DNA of 62,260 nucleotides from a virus (Duplodnaviria; Caudoviricetes): IMG/VR virus record IMGVR_UViG_3300048801_000006, positions 1 to 62,260 of that record; one strand, 5' to 3'. Shown piece by piece: positions 61,226 to 62,260 of this stretch (position 1 is its first letter; each line of letters starts with the position of its first letter). The notes under the pieces were generated by a model. It saw only the letters and a program-made list of their open reading frames with translations, ran no database searches and was not told where the DNA came from. The position numbers and the translations under genes were made by a program.

Positions 61226-62260
61226 TCAGATGTCGAGAGCCCGTACCGGCTTCGCCGATGCGGTCTTCGGTTCGGGACGTGTGGCGGGCCGGGCGCGCTC
61301 CTTGGCCCAATCGCGCAGCTTCTCGATCTTCTCCTTGGCGGTCTCCGCGAGCGGGACGACCGTCTCGGCGGCGAGGATCAGGTCGGCCGCGTTGATCTCC
61401 CGGCCTCCGTCCGCGAAGGCCTTGAACATCGCGTCCGGTACGATGGCGGCGATCTCGGAGCCGGTGAAGGCCTCCGTGGCGTCGACTACGGCGGACAGCC
61501 CCTCCGGCTTCATGATCGTGAAGTCGCGCCCGTAGGAGCGGAGCGCGGCGTTCACGATCTGCAACCGCTCCGTCCGGTTCGGGAGGTCGATGAAGAACAT
61601 CTCGTCGAACCGGCCCTTGCGGAGCAGCTCCGGTGGGAGCGCGGAGACGTCGTTCGCCGTGGCGATGACGAAGGCCTCACCCTTGCGCTCCTGCATCCAC
61701 GTCAGGATCGCGCCGAGAGCGTCGGAGGAGACGCCGCCATCGGCGGAGCCGGAGGTCGCGCCCTGCAACGCCTTCTCGATCTCGTCGAACCAGACCACGC
61801 ACCGGCCGATGGCCTCGATGACGCGGAAGGCCTTGCGGATGTTCGCCTCCGAGTCGCCCACGAACTTCGACTTGAGTGCGCCGACGTCGAACTTGAGGAG
61901 CGGGACCTGCCAAGACGTCGCGATGGCCTTGGCGGTCAGGCTCTTGCCGCATCCGGAGATGCCGATGAGGAACGCGCCCTTCGGAGCCGGGAGACCGTAG
62001 GCCCGCGCCTCCTTGGAGTAGGCGGACTTGCGAGCGGCCAGCCACTCCTTCAAGTTCTCCAAGCCGCCGACCGCGCTCATGCCGCCGGGGATCGGATCGA
62101 ACCATTCGAGGACCTTCTCCCGCGTGATGACGCGCTGCTTCTCCTTCGCGACGGCGGCGGGGTCCACCTTCCGGAGTTGGACCAGCGACTTCGCGTAGCA
62201 GGCGGAGGCCTCCTCACCGGTCAGGCCGACCGCCGCGTCGATGGCCGCGTCCCGCGTCCC
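61226..62260 (-). CDS. Ycf46-like AAA+ ATPase (5' truncated by the window)
   Basis: VGGLENLK.WL, Walker A GISGCGKS, Walker B VVWFDEIEK, ATAN, PPELLRKGRFDE; frame open to the window end. Confidence 0.9.
   Translation of the reverse strand, partial: GTRDAAIDAAVGLTGEEASACYAKSLVQLRKVDPAAVAKEKQRVITREKVLEWFDPIPGGMSAVGGLENLKEWLAARKSAYSKEARAYGLPAPKGAFLIGISGCGKSLTAKAIATSWQVPLLKFDVGALKSKFVGDSEANIRKAFRVIEAIGRCVVWFDEIEKALQGATSGSADGGVSSDALGAILTWMQERKGEAFVIATANDVSALPPELLRKGRFDEMFFIDLPNRTERLQIVNAALRSYGRDFTIMKPEGLSAVVDATEAFTGSEIAAIVPDAMFKAFADGGREINAADLILAAETVVPLAETAKEKIEKLRDWAKERARPATRPEPKTASAKPVRALDI

Noticed and set aside
1-62260. tRNA, rRNA, integrase/att sites, IS elements
   Set aside because: None recognised by eye; a tRNAscan/Infernal run would be needed to exclude small RNAs

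Overview
The window looks like most of the genome of a tailed dsDNA phage with a contractile tail (myovirus-type morphogenesis gene set resembling Bcep781/Aaphi23-like phages: DUF1073-type portal, MuF, DUF2213, DUF2184-type capsid, DUF4054, DUF3383-type sheath, gp138/J/DUF2612-type baseplate). It probably infects an alphaproteobacterium of the Hyphomicrobiales, judging from an Omp25/RopB-like gene, a GapR-like gene, CtrA-like boxes and high GC. Layout: terminase C-terminus, head, tail and lysis genes on + (1-41.3 kb); a leftward early/recombination arm (41.4-51.8 kb: DUF5131, ASCH-like, YqaJ, ERF, HIRAN, XRE); a rightward replication/modification arm (51.9-58.7 kb: RusA, two DNA methyltransferases, initiator, ParB-like); and a leftward block ending in a truncated Ycf46-like AAA ATPase. 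No integrase, CI-like repressor, tRNA, CRISPR array or reverse transcriptase was recognised. Most unusual features: (1) a 1603-aa portal fused to NUDIX, kinase-like and ADP-ribosyltransferase domains, with each cargo block opened by an A-x-D site plus a repeated HPRGPDGKF tag, and AMD/A-x-D motifs recurring across the head proteins; (2) three putative virion proteins, including the tail fibre, that carry classical Sec signal peptides and even numbers of cysteines; (3) an 8-kb insert in the head-tail junction with a methyltransferase-TPR-glycosyltransferase fusion, zinc-finger proteins and a polyglycine-tipped protein with about 14 Pro/Gln/aromatic repeats; (4) one Ser/Thr/Gly-rich beta-domain present in about nine copies across five different structural proteins. 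All family assignments come from motif recognition and synteny by eye; no database searches were run.
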